Assembly (NCBI GenBank): GCA_051313645.2
Contig: JBNRSN020000010.1
Coordinates: 9,424,001 to 9,488,000, forward strand
Direction: 5' to 3'
DNA from: Centroscyllium fabricii
Taxonomy: Eukaryota
Length of the DNA stretch: 64,000 nucleotides
Of the stretch, positions 30,715 through 44,589 are shown piece after piece. A program made the position numbers and the translations under genes. The notes below the pieces were generated by a model. It did no database searches. It was not told where the DNA came from and saw nothing but the letters and a program-made list of their open reading frames with translations. Each line of letters opens with the position of its first letter. Position 1 is the stretch's first letter.

Positions 30715-33700
30715 TATAAATAAAGAAATAGAGTCATAGAGTCATGCAGCACAGAAAGAGGCACTTCGGCCCATCGTGACCGTGCCGGCCACCAAGCCCT
30801 GTCTATTCCAATCCCATTTTACAGCAGTTTGTCGGTAGCCTTCGATGCTATGGCGTTTTAACTGTTCATCTAATTGATTCTTGAATGTTGTGAGGCTCAC
30901 TACCTGTACCATTAAATCAGGCAGTGAACAGCAGATTCCAAACACCCACTGGGAGAACAGCTTTTTCCTCACATGCCCTCAGTACCTCCAGCCACTTACC
31001 TTGAAACTATGCCGCCTGGTTATTGACACTAATACGAAGGGCAAACATGTATTTGTTTCTACACTATCTATGCCCGCCCTAATTTTGTACAACTCAAAGT
31101 GGTCCCCCCTTTGCCTTCTCTGCTCTAAGGAAAACAACCCCAGCCTGTCCCTTCTCCCTTGATAGCTGAAGTGTTCCACCTCAGGTAGCATCCTTGGGAA
31201 TCTCCTCTGCACCATCTCCAATGCAACCACATCCCTCCTGTACTGTGGCGACCAGAAGTGCACACATTATTCCAGGCGTGGCCTAAATTGCGTTGTGTAG
31301 AGCTCCATCATAACCTCCTGCTCTTATATGCTATGCTTCGGCTAATCAATGCAAGCATCCCATATAACCTTTTAACCAACTTTTCTACCTGTCATGCTAC
31401 CTTCGTAGATCGCTATAAACAAAGTTCCCTCGGATGATTTGTCCTTCAAAGGCTCCTATCATTCATTGGGTATTCCCTTGCCTTGTTAGTGCTCCAAAAA
31501 TACATCACCTCACAATTTGCTGGGTTAAATTACATTTGCCACTGTTCTCCCCATCTATCTATCCCGTCTTTATCTTCCTGCATAATGCAGCATTGATCCA
31601 CCAAAGTTATTGTCATCTGAGAGCTTACTAATCATACCTCCAACATTCATATCTAAATCATTAATGTACATTATAAACAGCAAATGATGCAGCACCGATC
31701 ACTGCGCTACAACACTGGACACAGGCATTCCGTCACAGAAGCAACCTTCGACCATCACACTCTGCCTCCAGCTACTAAGCCGATTTTTGATCCAATGTGC
31801 CAAATTGCCCTGGAACCAACGCGCTCTTACGTTCTTGTCAAGTCTCCCATGTGGGGCGTCGTTAAAAGTCTAAATTAAGCTCATGTAGACTACATCAACT
31901 GCACTGTTCTAATCCAATTATCGAGTCACACCCTCGACACGTTCAATCAATTTCGTCAGACATGATCTCCCCCTGAAAAAGCCAGGCTGACAATCTCTGA
32001 TTGATCCTTGCCTCTCCAAGTGGAGATTAATTATGTCCTTGAGAATATCTTCCAATAATGTCTCAAGCACTGAGTAATGGCTCACTGGCCTGCACTGCCC
32101 TGATTTATCGCAACTACACTTCTTGAATAATGGCACGACGTTAGCTGTCTTCCAGTACGCGGGCACCTTCCCTGTGTCAAGAGATAATTCGAAACGTTTT
32201 TTCAGAGCTCCTGCAATCTCCTCCCTTCCGTCACACAACAGCCTGGGATACATCTCGCAAGGGCCTGGGAATTTATCCAATTTAAAGCCCGCTAACACCA
32301 CCAATACCTCCTCTCCATCAATACTAACCTGTTCAAGAATGTTGCAATCCCCCTGCCTGATAGATATGCCGACCTCACCCTTCTGCTTTGTCAGCATAGT
32401 TGGAAAATATTGATTTTAAACCTCACCAACATCGTGCAGCTCTACACACCGATTGCCAATTTGGTCGCTAATGGGCCCTTCTCTTTCCCTTGCTATCGTC
32501 GTGCCCTTAATATACTTATAAAATCCCTTGGAATTTGGCTTAATTTTGCCCACCTATGTATTTTGGTGCCGCCTCTTCGCTCTAATAATTTATTTTCATT
32601 ACCAACTGCACATTCTATACTCCTCTATGGCTTCCACTGTTTCCCTACTTTTTATCTGCCAAAAGCCCACATTTCATTCCTAATCTATTCTTATACATGC
32701 CTTTACATCCAGGGTTCCCTGACCTTGTTGGTCCCACATTTGACATTCACAGGAACATGTTGGCGTTTACTCTTTCTCTATTCTTTCTGAAAAAAGCTGC
32801 CATTGCTCTGATTTGGATATTCGTACAAGTAGCTGATCCCAGTCCACTTTCGGCAGCTCTTGCCTTACCATATTAAAATCGGCCTTCCACCAATATATAA
32901 ATTTTACTTCCAGTCCATGATTTTCCTTTTCCATGACGACCTTAAATCTAGCCATGTTATGGTCATTTTCAGCAAATACTCACCTATTGACCCTACTAAC
33001 ACATTGCTCGCTCTATTCCATAGAATTAGGTCCAGTACCGCTCCCTCCCTTGTCGGAATTTCTACATGCTGGCTCAAGAACCACTCCAGGATGCACTTTA
33101 CAAATTCCGCAACCTGTACGCCGTTCACACTCTGATTATCGCAGTAAATATGGAGCAGTTGTAAATCCTACTGCTATTACGCTATTACTTCTAAACTTCT
33201 TTGAGATTTGACAAAATATCTGTTCCTCTATCTCCGCTGACTGTTTAGGGGCCGAAAATACACTCGCAGCAAACTGCTTGGCTCCTATTTATTTTTAATT
33301 TCTACCCATATGACCTCATTAGTGGAACATACTAATATATAATTCCCACTTCAGCAGTAATTGACTCTGAGATTAATATTGCGATACCCCCTCCTCTTTA
33401 ACACACCCCTCTGTCTCGTCTGAAGTTTCTCTACCCCGGAACTTAGATCTTCCAGTCCAGTCCCTCCCTCACCCATGTTTCTGTGATAGCAAAAATATCA
33501 TGCTCCCATATGTTCATCAACAACTTCAAATAATCTGCCTTACGCAAGACTAATTGCATTAAAATAAGTGCCATCTAGCCTTGCCATACTCCCTTGAGTC
33601 GTTATATATTTGATCTGCCTTCCAGGCTGATTTGCATTTTCCTCTATATTTGGCAGTGCATCACTCGCTACTGCAGTTCAACTCCGTATCCCATCCGATG

Positions 33701-34790
33701 GCAAGTTGGTTTAACCCCTTCTCACGACATACTAGCAAAACTCCCCAGAAAGATGTTGGTTCCATCCCGTTTCAGGTGCAATCCAGCCGATATGTCCAGA
33801 TTCGACCTTCCCCAGTTCAGACCCAGACATCGTGGGCGGCACGGTGGCATAGTGGTTAGCATTGTTGCCTCACAGCACTGGAGACCCGGGTTCAAATCCA
33901 GCCTCGGGTACTAACTGTGTGGAGTTTGCACATTCTCCCCGTGTCTGCGTGGGTTTCCTCCGGGTGCTCCGGTTTCCTCCCACAGTCCAAAGATATGTGG
34001 GTTAGGTTGATTGGCCATGATAAATTGACCCTTAGTGTTAGGGGGATTGAATATGTGGGGTTACGGGGATAGGGTGGGATATGTGTTGATGCAGGCTCGA
34101 TAGCGATATGGGGAGAGGGCAGTGGCGGGTTACTGGGTTTGGATGATCAGCCATGATCTCATTGAATGGCGGAGCAGGCTCGAAGTGCCGAATGGCCTAC
34201 CCCTGCTCCTAGTTTCTATGTTTCCATGTTTCTATCCAGGAAATTAATAACCTCCTTCCTGCAACAACTCCTTAGCCATTCATTCATCTGCTCTTCCTGT
34301 TATTACTATACTCACTAGCACGTAGCACAGGGAGTAATCCAGAGATGACAAACTTTGTGGGCCAACTTTTCAATCTGTTCCCCAGCTCCCTAAATATTGT
34401 TGCTGGAAAGCATCGCTCTTTCTACCCATGTCGTTGCTAACAATGTGAAACCCGACAGCTGACTGTTTGCCCACCCGCTTCAGAATGCCGTGCAGCCATT
34501 CAGTGATATTATGACCCTGGCACCAGGGAGCCAACATACCATCCTGCAATCACGTCTGAGGCCAAAGAAACATCTATCTGTTCCTCTTACGATAGTGCCC
34601 CTATCAATGTACTCTCACAGTCCCTTTCCTCCACTCCTGTGGAGCTGAGCCACTCGTAGTATTACAGATTAAGCTCCTGCAGTTTTCCCCTTAGAAACCG
34701 TCTCCCGCATCAGCTCCAAGACGGAAAATAATTTGGTGGTAGTGAAGGACTCAGGGGACTCCTGCACTACGTATCTGCTTCTTTTACTTT
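30715..34790 (-). mobile_element. Near-full-length degraded CR1 LINE (ORF1 esterase, ORF2 APE and RT)
   Basis: PTREGAVLDLIL (APE), DKFPGPCEMYPRLL, WKTANVVPLFKK and FWSPQYRRDVVALE. ORF1 MVCWLPGARV remnant at about 34510-34545. Confidence 0.88.
33834..34235 (+). mobile_element. Full-length HE1/V-SINE-like SINE inserted in CR1
   Basis: A box tggcatagtgg, B box ggttcaaatcc, V-domain and CR1-type tail. Highly similar to 13095-13513. Confidence 0.9.
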
Positions 34791-35294
34791 TTTGGCTGAC
34801 TGAGACGTAATCGAGTTCGCCTCCAGACACAAAACCATGAGATCTACTGGAGGGGCAACAAAATTGATCAAAACCGAGGACCAGCAGTGGTCTAAAATCT
34901 TCAAAATTCCATGCGAACTTTTTAAGGTGACTAACTTTATTTCATGAGATCTCACTGGCCCCGAGTAAAGTTGCCAGATACCTTCCCCTTTTACTGGTAT
35001 TACTCCGAATCAGTGAATAGCAGATTCTGCCCTCGCTTAGTGGACGTCAACGACTACACGTCCACTGCAGATGTCAGTTGACTGCTCAATAAGTCACATG
35101 TCTTTGAAAAAATAAAAATCTCCTGAAATCTTAGCTGGATATTGCAGGATACAGCATGTGATCGTGATCTCTGGTCCAGCCAAAAATATTTAGTTGAAGC
35201 ATTTTGTCTAGAAAAATGCAACTTAATCCCATCATCATCGTTAACACATTAAACAATTAAGCACCAAGTCTACGCTCCTCCAAATAGAACAGAC

Positions 35295-35712
35295 CCATCA
35301 CCTTGAGCCTTGGAATAGAGGAAGCTGAGTGGAGACCCATTTGAGGTGTACAAAATAATGAGGGACATAGATGAAATGGATAAAAAAGGGCATATTTTCC
35401 TTAAAACAGTGGTCCAAAAAAAGTGGCACGGATTTGAAGTAATTGCTGGATGGTTTAATGGGGATTTGAGGAGAAAAGTCTTCAACCAGTGGGTTGTGGC
35501 GATTCGGAAATCTATGCCTGAATAGGCGGTAGAGGCAGGAACATTAACCGCATTTAAAAAGTAATTGTATGTGCACTGATGATGCAATAACCTGCAGGGC
35601 TATGAAGCAAGCTCTGGGAAGTTGGATTAAGATGGATGCCTCTTTGTTGGCAGGCGTGGACACGATGGAATGAAATGGCCTGCTTCCGTGCTGTAACCTT
35701 CTGTGATTCTGT
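35295..35712 (+). mobile_element. CR1 3' fragment
   Basis: SLE*RKLSGDPFEVYKIMR followed by a CR1 3' UTR. Confidence 0.75.
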
Positions 35713-38687
35713 CTATTTAACTAGGATGCTTCAAAATGGGTATTAGACTGGAGGCACTAAATTGCACATATTCTATCCACAAGTTTTTCCATCGCCTGAG
35801 GGTACCGAAACTGGACACCGGTTTCTGACAGAGGCCTGAGCAAGGTCTTGTAGCAGAATATGATGATTGGCTTCTTTTTTGTAGTTAATTGTCCGATAAA
35901 TACGCCCATGAAAAATCAGATATTTTGGATCAGAGCAGATGTAGCAGCGCAGATATGACGGCAGCTGATGGATGCTCAGCTTCAATTAATAGTAGATTGA
36001 ATGCGGGAGGTTTGATCTGGGTTTGAATTTTGCCACATTAATCCATTTTTCTTGCTTTATCTATTTGGAGATAGCAAGAACAATCTTGAAATGTTCATCC
36101 AACACGTAATGAACGGGTTTGTTAAACACCTACCAGGACTGCCATTACCGTCAGGAAAATAGAATGGACAAATGGGGAATAGATTGCAGATGGTGTTTAA
36201 TATGGATTAGAGTGATTTAATAGAATTTGTCAGGAATGATCGCATATCTTTAATGGAACGTTGCCGATTGATGTCACTGAAAAGAGACACCAACTTTTCA
36301 AGTACTTAATTCCTTCAACGTACCCATGGAGGTAGAAAAAATCATGAAAAATACCAACTGCATTTTCGAGGTAGGGAAATTGGAATAGGGTGACACCGTC
36401 AACCACTGGAGCGTTTTCCACCATTCCATTAGATATTGGATGATCAGTATCTGATTTTCATCCAGCCTTCCTGGTTCTGTAACACTTAACACCGTTGTTA
36501 AAAAATCTGTTAATCTCAGATTTTCATTTCTAATTGACCCCAAGTGTCATCAGCGGTTTGGGGGAGTGTTGTCCAGACATCCGCCACCCCATTGTGTGAA
36601 GAAATGCTTCCTAGCAACAATCCTAACATGCCCATCTCTAACTTTAAGGCTCTGCCCATCCACTTATGGACTACATAATCAGTTGTTTTTATTACTATCG
36701 ACACTACCAAATACATTAAGTACCTTAAGAATCTCAATTGCATGAACCTTCTTCACCTTCTATATTCAAAGGTTTAGATTCCGAGCGTTAGCACCTTAGC
36801 ACATTTGAATGCTGACGCCAAGTTTTCCGATGATGACTTCAAGGGGCAATTACGAATGAAAACGGGGAGAGCGTGAGGGTTACGTCTTTGGGGCAACTTC
36901 AAATGTGACAATGCGGGTACAGGGAGAGCAACCATTGCTGGATAAACTGCGGCTGTATTTGGAAACATAAGAATTGAGTCAAGCGGGTGCAGTCCAATCG
37001 TGCTGCAATTTCAAACTCCACCAAAATGTGCAGGTGCTGAAATAATTGACTGTGGTTAGGTTGCTATTGAGAATATTCAAAGTCTGCAAAAATGCACAGC
37101 CCTGACCCAGATAATGTCATGCGGACGTGCCGTCTTAGAAAACATTGTTGATTACCACCTAAACCGAGACGGGGTATTCAATCGTCAGAGGCATGGTGTG
37201 GATGTGAGAACAGGAAACAAGATCATGAACATTTACTCTCTCATGCAGTCATACACATATTTGATAGTCAACGTTATTTCCACAACTAAATATATCATAT
37301 TAATTTAAGGAAACTAAATAAATCTATTATGGTCTCAGTATCAAAGTGCTGAACACTTTACTTCTATCTTGGGTGCACTCTGCCAGAGGGCGGTCGATGA
37401 TTTGCATATGATAACCTTTGTGAAGAGAGAAGTTGTTTACTCTGTAGAATTGTTGAACAGCGGTCAACGCTTCGGCTCATTCCACTAAAGTAACCATGGG
37501 AAGCCAACCATAAGGGGACGAAAAGGGGATGGAAATGTCCCTGGGCGGGAAAGGAAAACAGGTGGTGTCGCATGTATCGCCTGAATTATGTTGCGCCCGG
37601 AATTCAGTCCCACTGACTTCTCCCATCACAAAGGTTAAATTACGAAGATCGACGACCTCTATCTGCGCCGAGTACACTCTCGGTAGAGTTACGGGGTCAG
37701 CACTCTGATGCTGACACCAAATTAGTTTTAGTTAGATTGCACAACAAACCGACAATTTTGCTTGTCACGTAGCAGTTCGAAAATTGGATTCCGCCGGTTT
37801 TATTCAGCTCACTTGTCCTATTTCACCCCGAAGTGTCTCTCCTCTGGTAGAACAAAATTGTAGTGTCCAGACTCACATTACAGGTCAGTATTCCCCCGAT
37901 ATTATTTTCAAGTACCTATTGTTGTCCCCTGAATACAATTTTTTAGAACAGTTCAGAAATTATAAAGTGATTTGACTCAAGTTGCGAGATACTAGGGACC
38001 CAACTAAAGTCAATAAATTACAACATCAAAGCAGGCCAGTCGGTCCAATGATTCCGACTCACAATAATGGTGAACAGGATCCAACCCGGGAAGGAACAAT
38101 TCACTATCGCTAATTTTGGTTACCTCAAGTTTCTGGCCATAAAGTCTCTCGGGCTCTTAAATAGGCCGCAGAGCGCGGATCGGCGATCGATAATCACCGG
38201 TATGTTAAAATTAATTATATTGACCCTCCGAGACCATTTAGCGAAGAGACATGGCTTTTACTGGGAACAAGAGGGGACATTTTACATCTGAGTGATTGCG
38301 TTTAATGGGCGATATGGAATTAAGCGCCAAATACAAGTCCTGCGCGATTTCGCATCTAATTAATTCCATTCAAGGGAACAGCTGACGGGTTGGTATCAAA
38401 CTCAATACGACATCGTCGGTTTTGCACTTTCAAGCAAAATTTATACATATATCGAAATTTGATAAGTTTATCTGCATTAATACTGCAGCATCTTCTCGGA
38501 TTGTTTGCATAACTTCAGTCTGAAATTTTCGTGAATCTCATTTCGTAAATGTGCAATAGCCACCGTACACTGATAGGAATATTTCCTAATAACATGTATA
38601 TATATAAATTCAAAGCTGTGGCTGAACAGTTGTCAGCCGGCTCTGCATTGAATAAAAGTACAAGCTTTTAACACGGTCCTTTTTCTC

Positions 38688-38890
38688 AAATAAAAACAGA
38701 AAATGCTGGAAATACTGAGCAGGTGAGGCAGCATCTGTGTAGAAAGAAACAGAGTTAACGTTTCAGGTAGATGACCGTTCGTCTGAGGTTAATGCTGTTT
38801 CTATCTCTACAGCTGCTGCATGACCTGCTGAGTATTTCCAGCGCTTACTGATTTTATTCAGATTTCCAGCATCCCGAGTATTTTGCTTTT
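38688..38890. repeat. Inverted-repeat element derived from Penelope-type terminal repeats, with a degenerate hammerhead core
   Basis: The left arm aaatgctggaaatactgagcaggt...gcagcatctgtgtagaaagaaacag pairs with the right arm ctgtttctatctctacagctgctgc...acctgctgagtatttccagc. The minus strand reads cagacgaa...gaaacgtt. Confidence 0.6.
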
Positions 38891-39951
38891 TTCCCTTTTT
38901 CTGAAAGTGTATTTTTGGTAATTTGCCCGTTTTGAGGTTAAACGCCAGCCGTGAGTCGTTACGCTGCCTGGCCTGCTTTATTATGCTGTAAGTCCTATAC
39001 ATTTCTATCTCTATATCTGTTGTTGGATGACTGCTGCTTGTAATGTCAGCAGTAAATTAAAATGTATAGTTGAGGTAATGTTCCCTTTATAAAGTAGAAG
39101 ATAATGAAGCTCATTGCACCGAAATCTGTGTCGCTCCGGCAAACGGAAAGAACTTAGCTCGTCAGTTTATTTGTAATAACTGATGATTCAAATTGAACTT
39201 AACGCAACCTGGAATTAAACAATTGTCGTAACTTTAAACGTTCCACCGAATATGAAACTATTTTTTACATTGATGTAATTATGTTAATTTTAATTTAATT
39301 GGACAGTGTAACCTCATATATTAATATTATTATGTTTTCTGAAATAGTATTTTATTATAATGATACACAACAGGATGTAAGTTAAGTGGAAAGATTTCCA
39401 TTTGTCTGTATAGGATGATTAACCAAAATATGTCCGAGAAACAATATAATGGTTGATAATTTTAGTGACAACCAATTTAAAAGCAGCACTCTTGCTAATT
39501 CAGGACCTGTACCAGGCAGAAAAAAGCATGAACGCAGCAACAATATGTTGACCGATTGGAGCACAAATCATTCCATCGACTAAATTTAAATTCTTGAGAA
39601 GAGTGTCTTTTTTCCTCAAATTATCTTTTTCGGGCTTTGTGAAATGAAAAACTAAAATCCACATCACCTGGTTCCTGTAAATAAGCACTTCTCAAGATTG
39701 AAAGAAAATAATGTCATGAACATGACGTTAACATATCACCATGAGAACTTCAATCGGAATTTATTGAATTAGAAATATATATTTACAGATTGGGTGCAAG
39801 TTTTATTCATATGTCACAAGTTGGCATTGTCAGACTATAATATCATAAAGTATATTGTTCAGTTAATATTATGTGAAGTTTTTCTATGTTAATATGTGTG
39901 GCATTTCCTTCTTATGTACAACGTATTTATTGACACGTCTTTAATTGGGAC

Positions 39952-40115
39952 ATGGAGACGTCACTGAACACTGAATGGGACATCAGGAGTCCCGCTATTA
40001 TCCAGCAATCCTCTAGAAGGGAAAGGTCAGTGAGACGGCAAGGCTGCCGGACTTATTGATCCACCAGAAGAGTACTGGTCCAGAAATTAAGATGGTAAAA
40101 CAAAAAGCATTGTTT
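39952..40115 (+). pseudogene. MS4A pseudogene first coding exon
   Basis: METSLN...TY* (TGA at 40057), then shifted to GPEIKMVKQKALF|gtaagataaaagcat, versus NPGIQMGKPKVLG|gtaagatgaaagcat in the other copy. 164 nt versus 165 nt. Confidence 0.82.
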
Positions 40116-40319
40116 GTAAGATAAAAGCATTACTATTATTCTTTTTTCGCTTCTCAAGTAAATCACAATTTCAGTTGGCAATGGTTGACTTTCAAGGCGC
40201 CTTGAATAAAATTGCTTCTGGTCACTAGGGTTATGAACATCATTAATTATCTGCTACAGATTAATTCCAATCTATATTTCCACCGGATAAGATGAAACTT
40301 ATGAGAAGTAAGACAAGCA

Positions 40320-41900
40320 CTCTGCGGTTCTGGAGGGCTTAAAATTAGATAAGTCCCCAGGTCCTGACGTGATGTATCCCAGGATTGCTGAGGGAGGCAA
40401 GGGAAGAGATTGCGGGGACTCAGACACCTATCTTTAAACAGGCGATGTGCTGGAGGATTCGAGGATAGCTAATGTGGTACCATTATTTAAGAAAGGCAGT
40501 AGGGAAAAAACAGGAAACTACAGGCCGGTGAGCCTGACATCGGTGGTGGGGAAGCTACTGGAAAAAATTACGAGGGACAAAATCCGTCTTCACTTGTAGG
40601 GTCAGGGGTTATTTAAGGGTAGTCAACATGTCTTTGTCAAGGAAATATCGTGTCTGACTAATTTGATTGAATTATTTGAAGGGGTGACCAAGAATTTGGA
40701 TGGGGGTAGTGCAGGGGATGTGGTCTACATGGATTTTAGTCAGGCTTTTGATAAGTTCCTGCATAGGAGACTACTCAAGGAGGTAAGGGTCCATGGGATC
40801 CAGGGCACCTTGTCACAATGGATCCAAAACTGGCTTGGTGACAGAAGGCAGAGGGTGATGGTCGAAGGTTGTTTTTGTGACTGTCCAGTGGGGTACCGCA
40901 GGGATCGGTGTTCGGTCCCTTACTGTTTGTAATCTATATTAATGATTTGAATATCAACGTAAAAGGCATAATCAGGACGTTTGCAGACGACACGAAGATA
41001 GAAGGGGTGGTAAATAGTGAGGAAGAAATCTGCAGCCTGCAGAGGGAAATAGATGAGCTGGTCAGATGGGCGGAACTGTGGCAGATGGAATTTAACCCTG
41101 AAAAGTGCGAAGTGATGCCTTTTGGCAGGATGAACATGGATTGGGAATACACCAAGAATGGTAGCACCCTAGGGCAGACAGAGGATCAGAGGGACGTTGG
41201 TGTACAGGTACGCAGGTCGTTGAAGGCAGCAGGGCAGGTGGATAGGGTGGTCAAGAAGGCATATGGGATACTTGCCTTCATTAGCAGGGGCATAGAATAT
41301 AAAAGTAGGGAGGTGATGATGGAGCTGCACAAAACACTGATGAGGCCACAGCTGGAGTATTGTGTGCAGTTCTGGTCGCCACACTATAGGAAGGATGTGA
41401 TAGATTTGGAGAGGGTGCAGAGGAGATTCACCAGGATTTTGCCTGGGATGGAGAGCTTCATCTATGAGGAGAGACGAGACAGGCTGGGGTTGCATTCCTT
41501 GGATCAGAGGAGGCTGAGAGGGGACACGATTGAGGTGTACAAAATTAATGAGGGGCATAGATAATGTAGATGGCGGGGAACTTTTTCCATTGGTGGAATG
41601 GTCACTAACGAGGGGGCATAGATACAGGGTGAGAGGCAGGAGGTGTTGGGGGGATGTGAGGAAGAACTTTTTCACCCAGACGGTGGCTGGAGTCTGGAAC
41701 GAACTGCCTGAAAGGGTGGTAGAGGCGGGAACAGTCACAACGTTCAAGAAGCATTTGGATGTACACTTGAAATGTTACAACATACTAGGCTACGGTCCAA
41801 ATGCAGAAACGTGGGATTAGAATAGACTAGGTTTGGATGGGCGGCACGGACGTGATGGGCCGAAGGGCCTGTTTCTGTGCTGTATGTCTGTATGACTCTA
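40320..41900 (+). mobile_element. Relatively young 5'-truncated CR1 LINE (RT)
   Basis: KSPGPD, NYRPVSLTSVVGKLLE, FADDTKI and LEYCVQFWSPHYRKD with few frameshifts. Tail tgtatgactcta. Confidence 0.93.
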
Positions 41901-42559
41901 TTGCTCTATGCACCTGGCAGAGAAATGGATCGGAGGCTATGTTCTTAAGGTGTGTTGAAAATGGATAGTTGGGGTGGACAGTAAGTCCAATTGGGCAGAA
42001 TAGTTTCCCTCTGTGCAGTAGAGGCTACGTAATTCTGCACAAAGTAAATTGTAAACACCATTATTACGAAATCTTGTACGATTTCGCTACGGATGCTTGC
42101 TGGGAAATCATTTAATGAGTACATTTTTGAGTTTTCAGAGCCAGTCTCGGGATAAAGTCAACGCTGGATTGCCCAACTCTGGTTGCCCTTTAGTAGGTGG
42201 TGGACCATCTTGTGAATTCTCTGCATTCCACGCGGTGAAGTTACTCTTACGATGTTGCTAGCTCGGGAGTTCCAGGATACAGCAGCTATGAATGACGGGC
42301 GATATATTTCGAAATCAGGTTGCTGGTTGACTTAGAGAGGCAATTAGCGATGATGGTGTACCAATGCATTTGCTGCTCTTTTCCTTCTGGTGGAGAACCC
42401 CGTGTGAGATCTGCTGTCGATGAAGCCTCGATGAGCTATTGCAGTACATCTTGTACATGGTTCATGCTGCTTCTTCGGTGCGCCCGAGGTGGAAGTATTA
42501 ATTTCGCTCAAATGTGCAGCTGCTTATTTTTTTTACTTTTAGTTATTCTTTCGTTATTT

Positions 42560-42985
42560 GGGCCTCGCTGGCATGACCAGCATTTATTGGCAATCCAGGA
42601 TTGCGTTTCAACAGGCGGTGGTGAGCCACTTTCTTGAACCAGAGCAGTAATTATTTGGTTCAACTTTCTGGCTTCCCAGGCCATTTCATAGTGCAGATAA
42701 TATCAGCCACATTGCTGTGGGTCTGGAGTCACATATCGTCCAACTGGCTCAGGACTGCAGGCTTCCCTGCTAAAGGTAATTAGTGAACTAGATAGGGTTT
42801 TACCACAATGCAGTATTTTCTATGGTCAAAATGACTGAACCAGTCATATTTTTTCAGATTAATTATTTTACTGAACTTAAATTCCCCAGCTAACGTGGTG
42901 AGATTTGGAACTCGTTTCTCTGCATGATGAGTGCAGGACTGTGGAGTTATAAGTTATTAAAATAACCACTATGCTGCCGTACCCC
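42560..42985 (-). mobile_element. Degraded tRNA-like SINE (same family as 24465-24850)
   Basis: Reverse head ggtacggcagcatagtggttat...gagttccaaatctcacc, with a LINE-derived tail. Confidence 0.55.
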
Positions 42986-43151
42986 TTATCTATTGATCTC
43001 AATCATTTCTCATGGAAGTTTTATTTGCCTTGATCCATGATCTGTCGCTTTCTTTGCCAGCCCCTCTCCCTCTCTAGCACACGCACACTGACATGCTGGT
43101 CGATTTTACGTTGTTTACCTTTTCTTTGCACGCGATATTGTTCTCTTTTAG

Positions 43152-43255
43152 GTTTCTATAATTGTGTTGGTAATATGTTTTACAATATTCTGGACGCCAT
43201 GTGTCCAATATCCGTAGCATAAGAACACAGAACACACTGGTGGAGCGGTCAATCA
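43152..43255 (+). pseudogene. MS4A pseudogene TM1 exon
   Basis: tttag|VSIIVLVICFTIFW...(TAG, frameshift)...RTHWWSGQS|gtgagt. 104 nt versus 111 nt. Confidence 0.8.
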
Positions 43256-43687
43256 GTGAGTTTCCATCCAATGTCCCTGGGGAAACACGTTTGGAGGAAT
43301 TTCACTATGCTTTGAATTGAATAGATGGGACGGTTTTGTTACTTTGCCTCTTTTTGCACAGAACGCTTGTCATAATACTCCACTGATCGTCGTTATATCA
43401 TCGGAGAGGAAAAATATTTTTTTAAACAATTAATGTTTCCGTTAAAATAGCGAACAGATGGAATGACAGGCAAACCAGATTCCGACGCCTAAGTCAGAAA
43501 TTATACATTCTACAAGTCGGTGTATTTAAATTCGTTGGTTGTACAGATGCATTTTATTGGTTTTTTTATTCGAGGTTTGATATTCGGGAGCCTGCCTGTT
43601 TCACTTTTCAAATTGCTGATCATTACCTCAACTATATTTACCTTCATTGAAACTTTATATTCATTAATACAGTTAACCAAACATAAT

Positions 43688-44583
43688 GGGCCCTGTCTTC
43701 CTGTGCTCCAGAAGAGCTGCACCCCCACGAAGGGGGATCAGAAATGCCTCGTGTGGGTGCAGCTCGGGTGATTACCAGAAACGTGAACATCCTGTGCTGA
43801 TGGGCAAGGGGCTTCAGCTTCCTGCCCAGGTAGACTTTGAGCTGCAGACTTCCTGTGGCAGCTGCTCAATATACGGGTGTATCACGTGGGGAAGTCTCTC
43901 TTTTGCTGCACAGATAAAAAGGAGGCTTAAGAGGCTGCAAAAAGCTTTGAGAATTGAAAAAAACACGTTTAAAGTAAAAAAAAATCTTATTCATTTGGAG
44001 ATATTTGTCTGTGGTCTTACAGCTTGTAAATGTGAAGGTTTATATATATTTTGGTGAAAGTTAAAAAAAATCGGGAATTTGAACGCGATGTCAGCCGCTC
44101 TGATGCTTTCACAGCGGCCGACATCGCGTCCAAATCCCCGATTTTTTTCACTATCACCAAAATATATAAAAACCTTCACATTTACAAGCTGTAAGACCAC
44201 AGACAAATATCTCCAAAGGAATAAAAAAAATAAGTTTAAACGTGTTTTGTTCACTTTTTAGCAAAAAATAACCCCTATCAGCAGAAAAGGCAGAAACTTT
44301 AAAAAACCAGCTTCCTAGAAACTGTAAAAAAAACAAACATAAGGTGCTTCCTACCTGATATTCTTCATCCCGTGGCCGATTCTGCATTTCGTTCGGGGGT
44401 AAAGCCGACCGCAGTGGGCGTGGCTTGCACCCCGACCAAAAAAAAGAGGTCCCCTCCGAACGAAAAGAAAACGGGATTTCCCACAGGAAGTTCAGCTGAG
44501 AATAAAAAAAATCACGTGCGCGTGCGCCGCGGGTGCACGTCAGCACGCACCCGCAGCAATCGGGCCACAGGAAGACAGGGCCC
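43688..44583. mobile_element. PIF/Harbinger-type MITE (copy 2, opposite orientation to copy 1)
   Basis: TIRs gggccctgtcttcctgtg / cacaggaagacagggccc. TSD AAT at 43685-43687 and 44584-44586. Confidence 0.9.
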
Positions 44584-44589
44584 AATGTA

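Noticed and set aside
34827-34926. Possible extra exon (MRSTGGATKLIKTEDQQWSKIFKIPCELFK|gt)
   Set aside because: It has AG, ATG and GT signals, but no recognisable homology and no partner exons were found.
36355-36455. Minus-strand HPISNGMVE resembling the integrase motif HPQSNGxVE
   Set aside because: It is an isolated 9-aa similarity with no flanking integrase sequence, so it is probably chance.
40908-41564. CR1 RT ORFs as intact active LINE genes
   Set aside because: The element is 5'-truncated and frameshifted, and every CR1 copy in the window is defective.
14859-44583. The two inverted MITE copies as relics of the MS4A inverted duplication
   Set aside because: They sit at non-homologous positions (before versus after the TM1 exon) and are much more similar to each other than the paralogous exons are (about 65%), so they inserted independently.
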